Counted from the stretch's first letter, positions 39,647 through 49,690 are shown. The stretch: DNA of 64,000 nt from Nitrospinales bacterium (GCA_965223795.1 CBDCXL010000002.1:1408001-1472000), one strand, 5' to 3'. A program made the numbers and translations. The notes: generated from the sequence alone by a model not told the origin.

Positions 39647-39724
39647 CGACCCAGCGCGGTGCAACGCCTTTACCTTGACCTAAATTTCTCAAAAAGTCAA
39701 CACCCGGAAAGGCGCGTTGCGGGT

Positions 39725-40537
39725 TCATTTTCCCAACAGCCCGCTGACCGCCGAACCGATTTCACCGGCGCCTTTTTCCAGCGCTTTCTGGGCGTCTCCG
39801 CCGGCTTTGCCGATCACCTGTTTCGCCGCATCTCCCGCCGCGCCGCCGACTTTTTCGATGGCTTTGTCCACGCCCAGCGTCTTCACGGCGTCTCCCGTGA
39901 TACCGCCGATGGCGTCGAGGATTTTCCGCGCCACTTCCTCGGGTGAGGCGCCGCCCTTGTCTTTACCGATGTCCTTCAGGTGAACGGTGGGAAGTCCGAC
40001 GCTCATTTTTTTGCCGCCCAGTCCGACCGCGCTGACGTTGACCTTGCCTTCACGGATGTACAGATTCTCGATGATCAGTTTTTTTCCGTTGCCGCCGCCG
40101 GAATCGCCGTCGTCCCCCTTGCCACCCGTTCCGCTGTCGCCGTTGCCGGTGACGTTGCGCTTGAGGGCATCGAGGTTGCTTCCCCCGGCCCCATGCTCAT
40201 AGGTGACCTGCGGGGCGACGATATTGACCTCTTTGATAACCACGGTGTCCTTCGTCAGCGTTCCCATATCGATGTGCACGTTCACCTGGTCCAGCTCGAG
40301 CGCGGATTCGGTCTCGAAGCCGTCGGGATTGCTGACGCGCAATCCGCTCAGGGTGCCCTTGCCGGACCGGGCGGAGAGGTCGGTCTGGTTCAACCGCACA
40401 TCGGCCTTCAGAACTTCGGTGCCGTATTTTTCCACCGCCATGGTGACCAAAGTGTCGAGAGAAATGAATAGGAAAAACACCACGATGCAGGTGAGGGCAA
40501 CCACCATGGCCACGGTTATCAAAATCGTTTTCTTCAT
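39725..40537 (-). CDS. AsmA/DUF748-like membrane-anchored protein
   Basis: N-terminal TM; LRVSNPDGF, VNIVAPQVTYE, LKDIG. Confidence 0.75.
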   Translation of the reverse strand: MKKTILITVAMVVALTCIVVFFLFISLDTLVTMAVEKYGTEVLKADVRLNQTDLSARSGKGTLSGLRVSNPDGFETESALELDQVNVHIDMGTLTKDTVVIKEVNIVAPQVTYEHGAGGSNLDALKRNVTGNGDSGTGGKGDDGDSGGGNGKKLIIENLYIREGKVNVSAVGLGGKKMSVGLPTVHLKDIGKDKGGASPEEVARKILDAIGGITGDAVKTLGVDKAIEKVGGAAGDAAKQVIGKAGGDAQKALEKGAGEIGSAVSGLLGK

Positions 40538-40768
40538 TTTTTATCCTGATTTTTTGAGGTTTAAGTCTCCATTCCCATCATATTCGAAAAAGCGGCAATG
40601 TAGAAGCCTTTTATAATCTGCATGCGGCCGGGTCCCTGTCGGGAATGCGCGGCCGGGAGGAATGAATCTTCGAACGCGCATGCCGTTCTCCTGCGCCACG
40701 AATTTTGCGCGGCCAAACCGGAAACGTGGTACAAAGCGAACTTCAATCCCTATACAGGAAGGACGGTC

Positions 40769-41308
40769 ATGATCGATTCCCATTCAATCACAGGCGCGGT
40801 GCGGGCATGTGCGCTGGCGCTGCTGCTCGCGCTGTCCGCCTTTCCCGCGCACGCGGAGACGGCCCCCGATCCGGAGAAAGCCCGGCTCATTAAAAAACTG
40901 CTCACAGTCTCGGGCATTGCGGATCAGCTCGCTTACATGAAGGACGGCGTGTTGAATTCCTATTCGCAAATGGTCACTGCCTCGTACCCCAAAGTGCCGC
41001 AGGCGTTCTGGAAGGACTTCAACGGCCTGATGGGAAAAAAGGAAATGGATGCCCTGCTCGATAGGGTGGTGCCGGTGTACGCCAAACACATGAGCGTGGA
41101 GACGATCGAAAAACTGGTGGCGATGTTCGAGACGCCGTTCTGGCAGGAATGGAAAGACAAGATGCCCGAGATCAGCCGGGAGGCGGGACAGATCGGCCAG
41201 CAGTGGGCGATGCGGCTCACGCAATCGAAGGAATTTCAGAAGCGCATCGACCGGCTTGTGGCCAAACACGAACTGGAAAAACTGAACAAGAGCGATGGTA
41301 AACAGTAA
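40769..41308 (+). CDS. DUF2059-like secreted protein
   Basis: Signal peptide; VPVYAKHMS...LVAMFETP..KMPEI. Confidence 0.78.
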   Translation: MIDSHSITGAVRACALALLLALSAFPAHAETAPDPEKARLIKKLLTVSGIADQLAYMKDGVLNSYSQMVTASYPKVPQAFWKDFNGLMGKKEMDALLDRVVPVYAKHMSVETIEKLVAMFETPFWQEWKDKMPEISREAGQIGQQWAMRLTQSKEFQKRIDRLVAKHELEKLNKSDGKQ

Positions 41309-41337
41309 GAACGAAATCGAAAGCTGTGCAATGAAAA

Positions 41338-41392
41338 TGCCTGTGGACTTGTGATCAACCGTCAAACGGTTGGATCACAGGGACCACAGGCA
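41338..41392. repeat. Long imperfect palindrome (REP-like or IS-associated)
   Basis: TGCCTGTGG..TGTGATC.AACCGT-CAA-ACGGTT.GATCACA..CCACAGGCA. Confidence 0.6.
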
Positions 41393-41487
41393 CAACGGAT
41401 ATTCAAAAAAGTTAGATTGAAAGATTGCTTGGTTTGTGTTCAAGAATAAAACTTTGACAGCCCTATCGGGCACAAAGTATTTTTCTC

Positions 41488-41826
41488 CTAGCTTTCCTTT
41501 CCCGCCTCAAGGATCATGGCCCGGACCGCAGCCAACGGCAGATCGGAAAATTTTTTGAAACGCACACAGCCTTTGCCGCAGTCGAGATGCGCCAGCGCGC
41601 TTTTGTGCTTGTCCAGCAGCGCGGCGTCGCAGAGATACAGGCTCATGTGATGCTTCTGGCTGCCGATGGCCGCGACGAAACCGTTCATCTCGTAGGTCGG
41701 CATCTTGTAGGCCAGGGTTTCTTTGGCCTTGGGCAGCAGCGAGCGGATGAGCTGGCGCAGGGAGGAAAGTTCCTGCCTGCGCCCCTCGGTCAGCGCGTCG
41801 AAGTAGTCTTCCACAGTCCGCGCCAT
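41488..41826 (-). CDS. DUF1801/YdhG-like protein
   Basis: TVEDYF, ETLAYKMPTY, QKHHMSLY, GKGCVRFKK. Confidence 0.85.
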   Translation of the reverse strand: MARTVEDYFDALTEGRRQELSSLRQLIRSLLPKAKETLAYKMPTYEMNGFVAAIGSQKHHMSLYLCDAALLDKHKSALAHLDCGKGCVRFKKFSDLPLAAVRAMILEAGKES

Positions 41827-41828
41827 GC

Positions 41829-43475
41829 TCAAAACCGCGAGCTGGCGAGTTGCACGTCCGCCTCGCTCCAGGCCTGCCGGAACTGTTTTTCCACCTGCGC
41901 CGCTTCTTCGGTTTTGCCCTGCCCTTTCAGGCTGCGCTGAAGGCCGAACAGTCCCCAGCCGTTGTTTTTGTTTTTACCCAGGTCCTCGCGGTAAACCGTT
42001 TCGGCTTTCGCGAATTTCCCGTTCTTGAGCAGCACCGCCCCCAGTGCGTGGCGCACGGGATAGGACCAGTCGGGCGGCTCGGTGTAGGTGAGCGCATCTT
42101 CGATGCCGGCGGCGATGGTGAGGTGATCGATCGCATCCTGGGTGCGGCCCTCCGCTTCGGCGAGCTCCGCGGACAGAATTTCGACGCCGATGCGCAAAAG
42201 CTGTTTGACCTTATTGAGGCCGAACACGGTCACGTTCTCGATGTCGGGATTTTTGCGGGCCGCCTGCAAAAGATCGAGCTCAAGCTTTGCGTCGTCCAGG
42301 TCGCCCTTGCGCACCTCCGCCATGCCGCGGGCAAAATGCCAGACACCGGTCGGGTAGATGAGATTTTCCGGCGGCGCCGGTTCCTCGAGGATGGCGTCCC
42401 ACTTGCCGAAGCGCACCAGCGCGTACAACGGCATGGAGTAAAAATGCTGCAGGGTGCCGCCGAAGGCGGGATCGTTCATCATGGCCGGATCGACATGCCC
42501 GGCGGTGCTGCGCGCGGCCTCAATCGCCAGCTCGCTCTTGCCGTTCATCATGGCCGCCGCCCAGAGAAAGTGGTGGTTGTGCGGCACGTAGGCCAGGGGA
42601 TACAACCCCTGGGCCTTGACCTCTTTGAGGTAAGCCTGGTCGGCGGCGATGGCCATCTGGTTGGCTTTGGCCGCATCCTTGTAGCGGCCGACGTTGATGT
42701 AGATGTGCGCGGGCATGTGCACCAGATGACCGGCGCCGGGAGCCAGGGTCAACAGACGGTCCGCTGCCGCTTCCGCCCGGCCGGGATCGGCCGATGCCTC
42801 GACGGCGTGGATGTAGAGGTGGTTGGCGAGCGGGTGGTCCAGGGTTTTGGCGAGGATGCTCTCGAGAGTGGCTACGATCTCCGGCGTCCACGGCTTCGGC
42901 TTTTTGTCCCTGGTCCAGAAATCCCACGGGTGCAGGTCCATGAGGGACTCGGCGAACAACGCGGCGATGTTGAGATCATCCGGGTAGCGTTTCGCCACGT
43001 CGCGCATGGCGTCGGCGAAGGCGCGGTCGAGCGGGCTGCGGTCCTTGACCGGTTCTTTGGAATAACGCTTGGACAACGCCTCGATCAGCGCCTGCTCCTT
43101 CGCGGAGGCGCGGTCCTTCAAGGCGAGGGCTTTCTGCATCGCCTGGTGGGCTTTGGGAACGGCGAGCGCTTCCATGGGCGCGTTGAGGTTGGGCCCTAAA
43201 ACCAGGGCGATTCCCCAGTAGCATAGGGCGCATTCGGGATCGAGACGCGCCGCTTCGCGAAACGAACGTTCCGCCTCGGCGTGATTGAACGCAATGGCGA
43301 GGATCCACCCCTGATTGAAATAGCGCTGGGCCAGCGGCTCTTTTGTGGTGACGGCGAAGTGCAGGCTGCCCAGATTGTCAAACAAAGGCGCCTTGCGCTC
43401 GCTCGCCCAGCCGGACACAGCGGACGCGATTGTCATTAAAAATACCAGTAAACTCGTTCGTGCCATCGTCTTCAT
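41829..43475 (-). CDS. Secreted TPR-repeat protein
   Basis: Signal peptide; AFNHAEA, WGIALVLGPNLN, HLYIHAVE, GHLVHMPAHIY, C-terminal SSRF. Confidence 0.82.
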   Translation of the reverse strand: MKTMARTSLLVFLMTIASAVSGWASERKAPLFDNLGSLHFAVTTKEPLAQRYFNQGWILAIAFNHAEAERSFREAARLDPECALCYWGIALVLGPNLNAPMEALAVPKAHQAMQKALALKDRASAKEQALIEALSKRYSKEPVKDRSPLDRAFADAMRDVAKRYPDDLNIAALFAESLMDLHPWDFWTRDKKPKPWTPEIVATLESILAKTLDHPLANHLYIHAVEASADPGRAEAAADRLLTLAPGAGHLVHMPAHIYINVGRYKDAAKANQMAIAADQAYLKEVKAQGLYPLAYVPHNHHFLWAAAMMNGKSELAIEAARSTAGHVDPAMMNDPAFGGTLQHFYSMPLYALVRFGKWDAILEEPAPPENLIYPTGVWHFARGMAEVRKGDLDDAKLELDLLQAARKNPDIENVTVFGLNKVKQLLRIGVEILSAELAEAEGRTQDAIDHLTIAAGIEDALTYTEPPDWSYPVRHALGAVLLKNGKFAKAETVYREDLGKNKNNGWGLFGLQRSLKGQGKTEEAAQVEKQFRQAWSEADVQLASSRF

Positions 43476-43828
43476 GATTTCCCCCTGTTGAATCAAGTAG
43501 TTAAAAATCCTTCACAATGAGGCTCCGATTGATGCGTGGTTTCCCCGGCGGCTGCGTGAAGCGCGGCGCGTATCCGGAATGCACGGTCAGAAACCCGCCC
43601 GCTGGGGCGGACCTGCACCGGGGATTCTAAAACCGCAGGTTGTGCCGCATTCTTGAAGTTCTCCCATCTTTCTACTGGTAAGGATGGGTTTTCCGTTTTA
43701 AATTAATGGAATAGTCCTAAATCACACAATCCGGAGGTGTGTGCCTGCCTAGCGTGCGGAAACGGATTTCCGTCTTTACTCTTTTTCCAGATCGTCGTCG
43801 TTTTTTTCAATATCTCATGATTGTGAAA

Positions 43829-45064
43829 ATGTCCCCCCATTTCCGATCCTGTGCCATTTCCCTTTGGGGAAAATGGACGCTGTCCATTCTGGTGCTGTCC
43901 GCCTTTGGCCTGCCTCCGTCTTCCGCCTTCGCGGGAGGCGGCGGCCTGCCTTTGACAGCGCAGGATTTTTTGCGTCCGGCGCCGCCGCTGCGCTCAGCAC
44001 TTCCGGTCCCGACGCTCAAACAGAATGCAGAGCTTTTGCAAAAAACAGGCGGCATCGTGTTTGAACGCACCGCCCGCCCCGCGGAAGAACTTTCCGGCAA
44101 GCGCATCGGCATCGCTTACCTGCCCAACCAGGAGGACGGCAAGCGGCTCAAGATCCGCATCGGCGACAAAGCGTATATCCTCCCGATCCACGACTGGCAG
44201 CTCATTCCCATCGCCCGGTTCGCCGATTCGGACACGACGGCGGTGATCTCCACCACGGAGGCAAGCCCCAACAAGATCCGCACCCATCCGGCATTCCAAA
44301 ACACGCTGCTGGGGCTGAGGCTGTTCCAGGCGGACGCGTTGTTCGACGCGCCCGCTTCGGCCTGGAACCTTCCCCGCTATTACATGCCTGGAAACCACAC
44401 GCACTGGGTGACGGCGGAGCTGGTCAACGTCCGGTCGCTGCCGACGCCCAAAGGCACCATCGTGCGGGTGCTGAAAAAATGGACCGGCGTCAACGTGCTG
44501 CAGGTGCGTCTGGGCTGGGCGCAGATCAAGCTTGGAAGCAAAACCGGCTGGGTTTCCGCCGAGCTTCTGACCCGCAAAAGCCCGCCCCTGCTGGGCGGCG
44601 GCGAGAACGGGTTTCACACCGAAAAGCCCACCGCCCTGGTGGAAGAGATGGAAGCCATCCGCAACCGGCACCACTTGACCCTGCGCGCCAAATACGGCCG
44701 CGATTACCGCTACGGCTACCTGATCCACGACCCGAAAACCGGCATCGAGTTCAAAACCGGTCCTCAGGGATTCGCCCTGACGGGACAGCCCGAATTTTAT
44801 TTCTGGAGCGGCCGCAAGGACGAGGGCAAAACCCATCCGGTCGTGCACATGAACTTTGAAATGCGGCAGAAAATCCACCTGCTCGAAAAGATCAATCCGG
44901 TGGTCTACCGTTCTCTCGTCACCACCATGCGCTACGCCGCTTTTTTCCGTTATTGCAAAAAGCAGGCTCCGGACGAATGGAAATCGTTTCTAAAGTCTCT
45001 GGAACCTGTTAAAATTCCCTCGATCGAAATACCCGTGACTTCCATTTTTCACGGCAATCGATAG
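43829..45064 (+). CDS. Secreted protein with an internal SH3-like domain
   Basis: Signal-like N-terminus; VNVRSLP...GWAQIK..KTGWVS; start uncertain. Confidence 0.7.
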   Translation: MSPHFRSCAISLWGKWTLSILVLSAFGLPPSSAFAGGGGLPLTAQDFLRPAPPLRSALPVPTLKQNAELLQKTGGIVFERTARPAEELSGKRIGIAYLPNQEDGKRLKIRIGDKAYILPIHDWQLIPIARFADSDTTAVISTTEASPNKIRTHPAFQNTLLGLRLFQADALFDAPASAWNLPRYYMPGNHTHWVTAELVNVRSLPTPKGTIVRVLKKWTGVNVLQVRLGWAQIKLGSKTGWVSAELLTRKSPPLLGGGENGFHTEKPTALVEEMEAIRNRHHLTLRAKYGRDYRYGYLIHDPKTGIEFKTGPQGFALTGQPEFYFWSGRKDEGKTHPVVHMNFEMRQKIHLLEKINPVVYRSLVTTMRYAAFFRYCKKQAPDEWKSFLKSLEPVKIPSIEIPVTSIFHGNR

Positions 45065-45164
45065 CAACCCGGATCCGGCTGAACCGATCCTTCCCCGCAA
45101 CACCTTCTGACTCCGTTTTGCAGCAACCAGGCTGCGAAACCGGATCCGCTCTCACAGCAACAGG

Positions 45165-46298
45165 ATGCCCGTTATGGCCGCCGCCAAAAAGAAACCCCTG
45201 CCGAAACGCAACGCCACCTTCAAGGAATTGTTTTCGCCGCAGAAAAAATACCGCTACTTCGAAAACAGCGACCGGCACGCGTTCAAAGCCAGAGCCAGGC
45301 GCTTTCAATGGGTCAACTGCTGGTGGCTGGCGGAAGCCTCCATGCTGGCCTATTGCGACCGCGCGACCGTGATGAAAGCGCTGACCACGGCTCCGCGCAA
45401 CGGCAAGAACGCCGCCCTGTTCGATGAGGCGGTGTTTTTCGACCGCGACGGCACGCAGGGCTTCGTGGCGCACAACAAGGACTTGGTCATCGTCGCCTTC
45501 CGCGGCACGCTGATCCCGGGCCTGGAAAAACCGCTCCCGGACGCCGCCCAGGAGCCGCCGAAAATCGCCAAGAACGCCATGGCGGACATCAAAAAATTTT
45601 TTTCCAGCAAAACCCGCGCGAAGTATTTCAAACAATTTTCCGACGTCTTCACGGACACGAACCTGCTTCTGGTCGAAGACCCGCCGCAGCCGGGAAAGGT
45701 GCACCGCGGTTTCAAGCAGGCTCTGGACGCGGTCTGGCAGCCGTCCGCTGCAGCGGATGAAAACGGCGACGCCGCGGCTTCGTCCGGCTTGAAGGCCACG
45801 CTCGACAGCATCCGCGCCCGCGGCAAGCGCAAACACGGCAAGGAACCGGCCCTCTGGTTCACCGGGCACAGCCTGGGCGCGGCGCTGGCGACGCTGGCGG
45901 CCAACCGCTATAAAAACGTTCAGGGCGTGTACACCTTCGGCTCCCCCAGAGTGGGCGACGCGGATTTCATCCAGGGTTTCCGCACGCCGCAGTATTACCG
46001 CATCGTCAACAACCGCGACATCGTCGCCCTGGTGCCGCCGCGGCTGCCGCCTTTTTTCGATTACTGCCACCTGGCAGGGATACGGAAGATCACACAATCC
46101 AAGCCCAACCGGGTGAATCTGGAAACCCGCGACAACGGCGAAGGGTTCAGTTCCAGCGGCTACGATATTCTGAGCCTGATCGCCTCCATCCCGAAGATTC
46201 CCGACGGCAACCTGCCCGGCCGGCTGTTCGACCACTGCCCGTACATCTACGTGGCGCACAGCTGGAACCTGTATCTCAAATCACTCAAACGCGCCTAA
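45165..46298 (+). CDS. Class 3 lipase
   Basis: VAFRGT, VHRGF, TGHSLGAALA, YTFGSPRVG, NNRDIV. Confidence 0.9.
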   Translation: MPVMAAAKKKPLPKRNATFKELFSPQKKYRYFENSDRHAFKARARRFQWVNCWWLAEASMLAYCDRATVMKALTTAPRNGKNAALFDEAVFFDRDGTQGFVAHNKDLVIVAFRGTLIPGLEKPLPDAAQEPPKIAKNAMADIKKFFSSKTRAKYFKQFSDVFTDTNLLLVEDPPQPGKVHRGFKQALDAVWQPSAAADENGDAAASSGLKATLDSIRARGKRKHGKEPALWFTGHSLGAALATLAANRYKNVQGVYTFGSPRVGDADFIQGFRTPQYYRIVNNRDIVALVPPRLPPFFDYCHLAGIRKITQSKPNRVNLETRDNGEGFSSSGYDILSLIASIPKIPDGNLPGRLFDHCPYIYVAHSWNLYLKSLKRA

Positions 46299-46909
46299 GG
46301 CTGGCGGTACAGCAGGCGCAGGTAGTCCGTGTACAGCTTTAGCTGCGGCGCCACCAGCTTGGGGTCGTTCAGGGTCTTGGACTGCAACAGCGCCCCCTCG
46401 AGCACGCAGACCAGTAAATCCGCCAGGTCCTCGGGATTCACCGGATGCTCCGCTTCGTGCTTTTCGCTGGCGGCGCGGATCTTGGCCGCGAACATCTCGC
46501 GCCAGTCGAGCATGGCCTGGGAACAGACACACAACACGTCTTCGTCGAACTGCTGGCTCTGAAACGCGAAGGCCGCGATGAGGCAGCCGGCGAACGGCTC
46601 GTCCAGGCCATCGAACATTTCCGCAAGCAGCCCCACAAAAATCAGAAGCTGCTGCAGCGGGTCGGGACTCATCTTCTCCGCGCGCTGCATGAAACCGCCC
46701 ATCACTTCCAGATCCTGGGCGTGAAAACGCTGGATCAGCCGTTTGGCGAGATCGGCCTTGTTCTTGAAATGGTAAAAAAAGGTTCCCTTGGTGATGCCCG
46801 CCTTTTCGATCACCTTGTCCACAGAGGCGCCGGCAAATCCGTAACTGAGTACCAGTTGCTGCGCGGTGTCGAGAATCCGCTCCTGCGTCGCCACACCCGA
46901 TTTCGGCAT
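46295..46909 (-). CDS. TetR/NemR-like transcriptional regulator
   Basis: HTH ASVDKVIEKAGITKGTFFYHFKNK; GCLI motif. Confidence 0.92.
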   Translation of the reverse strand: MPKSGVATQERILDTAQQLVLSYGFAGASVDKVIEKAGITKGTFFYHFKNKADLAKRLIQRFHAQDLEVMGGFMQRAEKMSPDPLQQLLIFVGLLAEMFDGLDEPFAGCLIAAFAFQSQQFDEDVLCVCSQAMLDWREMFAAKIRAASEKHEAEHPVNPEDLADLLVCVLEGALLQSKTLNDPKLVAPQLKLYTDYLRLLYRQP

Positions 46910-46955
46910 CGGTCTTCCTTTCAAAGTATTCGCGTTTGTGCCCGCAGTCAGAAAT

Positions 46956-46975
46956 TATACCAACCAGTTGGTATA
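46956..46975. promoter_or_regulatory. TetR operator 1
   Basis: Palindrome TATACCAAC-CA-GTTGGTATA next to a minus-strand TTGACA (46976-46981). Confidence 0.8.
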
Positions 46976-47124
46976 TGTCAACATCTCCTTTTCCCCTCCA
47001 GCAAATCAAATTTTTTAGAACCAACTCAACCACTTAAAAATTAATAACTTGCCTTAGTATCTGGCGAATCAGAAGATTTTCGCCAAAACTTTTTTGTTGA
47101 CGTCCTTCCACGACATGTTTATTT

Positions 47125-47144
47125 TATACCAACCAGTTGGTATT
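47125..47144. promoter_or_regulatory. TetR operator 2
   Basis: TATACCAACCAGTTGGTATT overlapping a plus-strand TTGACA (47143-47148). Confidence 0.8.
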
Positions 47145-47374
47145 GACAAATTCATCAAAACGGGATTGATTCGATGCTGCAGCCAGACAGCCATTTCAGA
47201 GGCCTTGCCGTTCCGGGACCGCATTTCGCGGGCAACCGGGAAAGTCCGTTCGCACCGGCACTGATTTCTTTTCACAACCGTTTTCGAGGGAGAACGGCAT
47301 TAGGAAAGGAATCATGCAAAGACCGGATTTCAATTCTTTATTCATCCAGATCCAATAATCGGGGGAAATGAAAA

Positions 47375-48445
47375 ATGACGACGCAACAACTGACCATCGA
47401 CGAAAAAAAACTGGAAGATTTTATGGGGAAAATGGTGGGCGAAATGGGGGCCGCTACCAGCAGTGTGCTGGTTCTCATAGGACAGAAGCTGGGGCTCTAC
47501 AAAACGCTTGCCGAGAACGAACCTCTCTCGGCAGAAGAGTTGGCCCGAAAAACGGAAACCGCACCGAGATACATTCTGGAGTGGGCTGCCAACCAGGCCG
47601 CTTCCGGATACATCGAATACGACCCGGTAACGGATCGGTTTTCCCAGTCCCCAGAGCAGGCCGCTGTGTTTGCCGATGAGGAGAGCCCTTACTACATGGG
47701 GGGCGCATTTATTTCACTTTCTTCCATGTTCGCCGACGAACCCAAAATCACGGCAGCGTTTCGCACCGGCAAAGGGGTTTCCTGGGGTGACCATGATTCC
47801 TGCCTTTTTTGCGGTGTCGCCAAGTTTTTCAAACCCACTTACAAAGCCCAGCTGATTCAATCCTGGATTCCTTCACTTGAAGGCGTTGAGGAAAAACTGG
47901 AAAAAGGCGCCCACGTCGCGGATGTCGGCTGCGGTTTCGGACACTCCACGCTGCTTTTAGCGGAAGCGTTTCCCAACAGCCGCTTTTTCGGGTTCGATTT
48001 TCATGCGCCCTCCATCGAACAAGCAAAGCAAACAGCCGATGAAAAGGGACTTAGAAACGTGACGTTCCAAACCGCGAAGGCCAAGGACTTTCCTGGGGAA
48101 TCCTACGATCTGATCACCTTTTTCGACTGCCTGCACGACATGGGGGACCCGGCGGGCGCCGCCAGGCATGTGTACGACAAACTCGATCCCAAGGGCACCT
48201 GGATGATCGTGGAACCGTTCGCCCACGACACGCTGGAACAAAATCTCAATCCTGTGGGCCGGGTTTATTATTCCTTTTCGGCGACGGTCTGCACGCCGTC
48301 GTCTTTGAGCCAGGAAGTGGGTCTCGCTTTGGGCGCGCAAGCCGGTGAAAAGAAGCTTCGGGAAGTGGTGACTTCGGGCGGCTTCACCCGGTTTCGCCGT
48401 GCGGCGGAAACGCCCTTCAACCTGATTTTGGAAGCACGCCGCTGA
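47375..48445 (+). CDS. SAM-dependent methyltransferase with N-terminal winged HTH (Rv2258c-like)
   Basis: LGLYKTL, VADVGCGFG, FDCLHDMGDP, LGAQAGE. Confidence 0.9.
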   Translation: MTTQQLTIDEKKLEDFMGKMVGEMGAATSSVLVLIGQKLGLYKTLAENEPLSAEELARKTETAPRYILEWAANQAASGYIEYDPVTDRFSQSPEQAAVFADEESPYYMGGAFISLSSMFADEPKITAAFRTGKGVSWGDHDSCLFCGVAKFFKPTYKAQLIQSWIPSLEGVEEKLEKGAHVADVGCGFGHSTLLLAEAFPNSRFFGFDFHAPSIEQAKQTADEKGLRNVTFQTAKAKDFPGESYDLITFFDCLHDMGDPAGAARHVYDKLDPKGTWMIVEPFAHDTLEQNLNPVGRVYYSFSATVCTPSSLSQEVGLALGAQAGEKKLREVVTSGGFTRFRRAAETPFNLILEARR

Positions 48446-48512
48446 AACGCGCCAAGATTACAATGTCCATTGCTGACAAGAACACAACCATATCATCATA
48501 AGGAGAAATAAT

Positions 48513-49079
48513 ATGTCAAACACTGCCGATACACAGACCCACCCTAACGACATCGACGTTCCCGCACTCAAGGAAGTGATCCAGGCGGTGAGCGAAGACG
48601 CCTCCAAAGGCAAGGTGAAGTTTCATGTGACCACGGGCTGGACGGGGCAGACCAGCAGCACCACGAAAGTGCAGTCCATGCAGCTGGGAGGAGAAACGAT
48701 CGAGCGGTCGTTTTCCATCCGCGCCGACGAGCCGCCGGAGCTTCTGGGTAAAAACACCGCGCCCAATCCTCAGGAACTGCTGTTCACGGCCATGAACGCC
48801 TGCATGCTGGTGGGCTACGTGGTGGGCGCGTCGTTCAAGGGCATCACGCTTGAGAAACTGGAAATCGAAACGGAAGGGGAACTGGATCTGCGCGGTTTTC
48901 TCGGCATCGATGACACCGTGAAAGCGGGCTACGACAGCATCCAGTACACGGTGCGCATCAAAGGGGACGGGACGCCGGAGCAGTTTCAGGAAATCCACGA
49001 CACCGTCATCAAGACTTCGCCCAACCGGTTCAACCTCGCCAGCCCGATCCGCCTGGACGGCAGACTGGTCGTGGATTGA
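48513..49079 (+). CDS. OsmC-like family protein
   Basis: ADEPPELLG..APNPQELL..MNAC, GELDLRGFLG; AAGGAG RBS. Confidence 0.88.
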   Translation: MSNTADTQTHPNDIDVPALKEVIQAVSEDASKGKVKFHVTTGWTGQTSSTTKVQSMQLGGETIERSFSIRADEPPELLGKNTAPNPQELLFTAMNACMLVGYVVGASFKGITLEKLEIETEGELDLRGFLGIDDTVKAGYDSIQYTVRIKGDGTPEQFQEIHDTVIKTSPNRFNLASPIRLDGRLVVD

Positions 49080-49114
49080 ACCGCTTCGTTGAATCCCTTA
49101 TCAGGCAGGAGTGA

Positions 49115-49164
49115 ACAGACAGGGCCCGGGTCCCGTTTCATTACAGGAGTGGGGCCCTGTCTGT
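49115..49164. other. 13-bp perfect inverted repeat between convergent genes (terminator or stability hairpin)
   Basis: ACAGACAGGGCCC ... GGGCCCTGTCTGT. Confidence 0.55.
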
Positions 49165-49255
49165 CGGGGGGATTCTTGAGGCTGATGGCAATCCGCTGTT
49201 TTTAATCTCAGCGGTTCCTTTGCCGTTCAACCTGTGCGAATGCGTCGCGCTCAAT

Positions 49256-49690
49256 TCAAACCAGGTTCAGCAGATTGAGGGAAACGCCGATCAACGCGAT
49301 CATCTGAAGCGAATTGATGAGCACGCTGAACCGGTGCAGGCGGGCGAACCGTTTCCCCGCGGCCGCATCGCCGGCTTTCTCAAGATCGCTGTAGTGATTG
49401 ATGCGGTGCATCAAAGACTGGCGGCAATAGATGAAGCCGGCCAAAGTCAGGGCCAACAGCGCGATCAACACGGGGCCGGACGACAACGCGCCCAGGAGCG
49501 CGATGGCGGTGACGATGGCGCCCCAGCTGTAATAACGCGGGAAAAACGCGCGCAGGTAAACGCTGGCGGATCGGCGGTCGAGGTGGCTGATGGCGAGCGG
49601 CGCGACGATCAGCGCGAAAAAGATCATGCTGCCGAGCAGGATGATCACCGAATAAAGCGTGAAGTAGCTGTACCATTCCGGTGTGGGCAT
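49256..49690 (-). CDS. DUF4149/TMEM205-like membrane protein
   Basis: GSMIFF..VAP, FPRYY, FARLHRFSV. Confidence 0.82.
   Translation of the reverse strand: MPTPEWYSYFTLYSVIILLGSMIFFALIVAPLAISHLDRRSASVYLRAFFPRYYSWGAIVTAIALLGALSSGPVLIALLALTLAGFIYCRQSLMHRINHYSDLEKAGDAAAGKRFARLHRFSVLINSLQMIALIGVSLNLLNLV

Noticed and set aside
39625..39650. c-di-GMP-I riboswitch (GCAAAGCCTCC)
   Set aside because: The GGCAAAC P2 stem with GNRA loop and the P3 receptor are missing.
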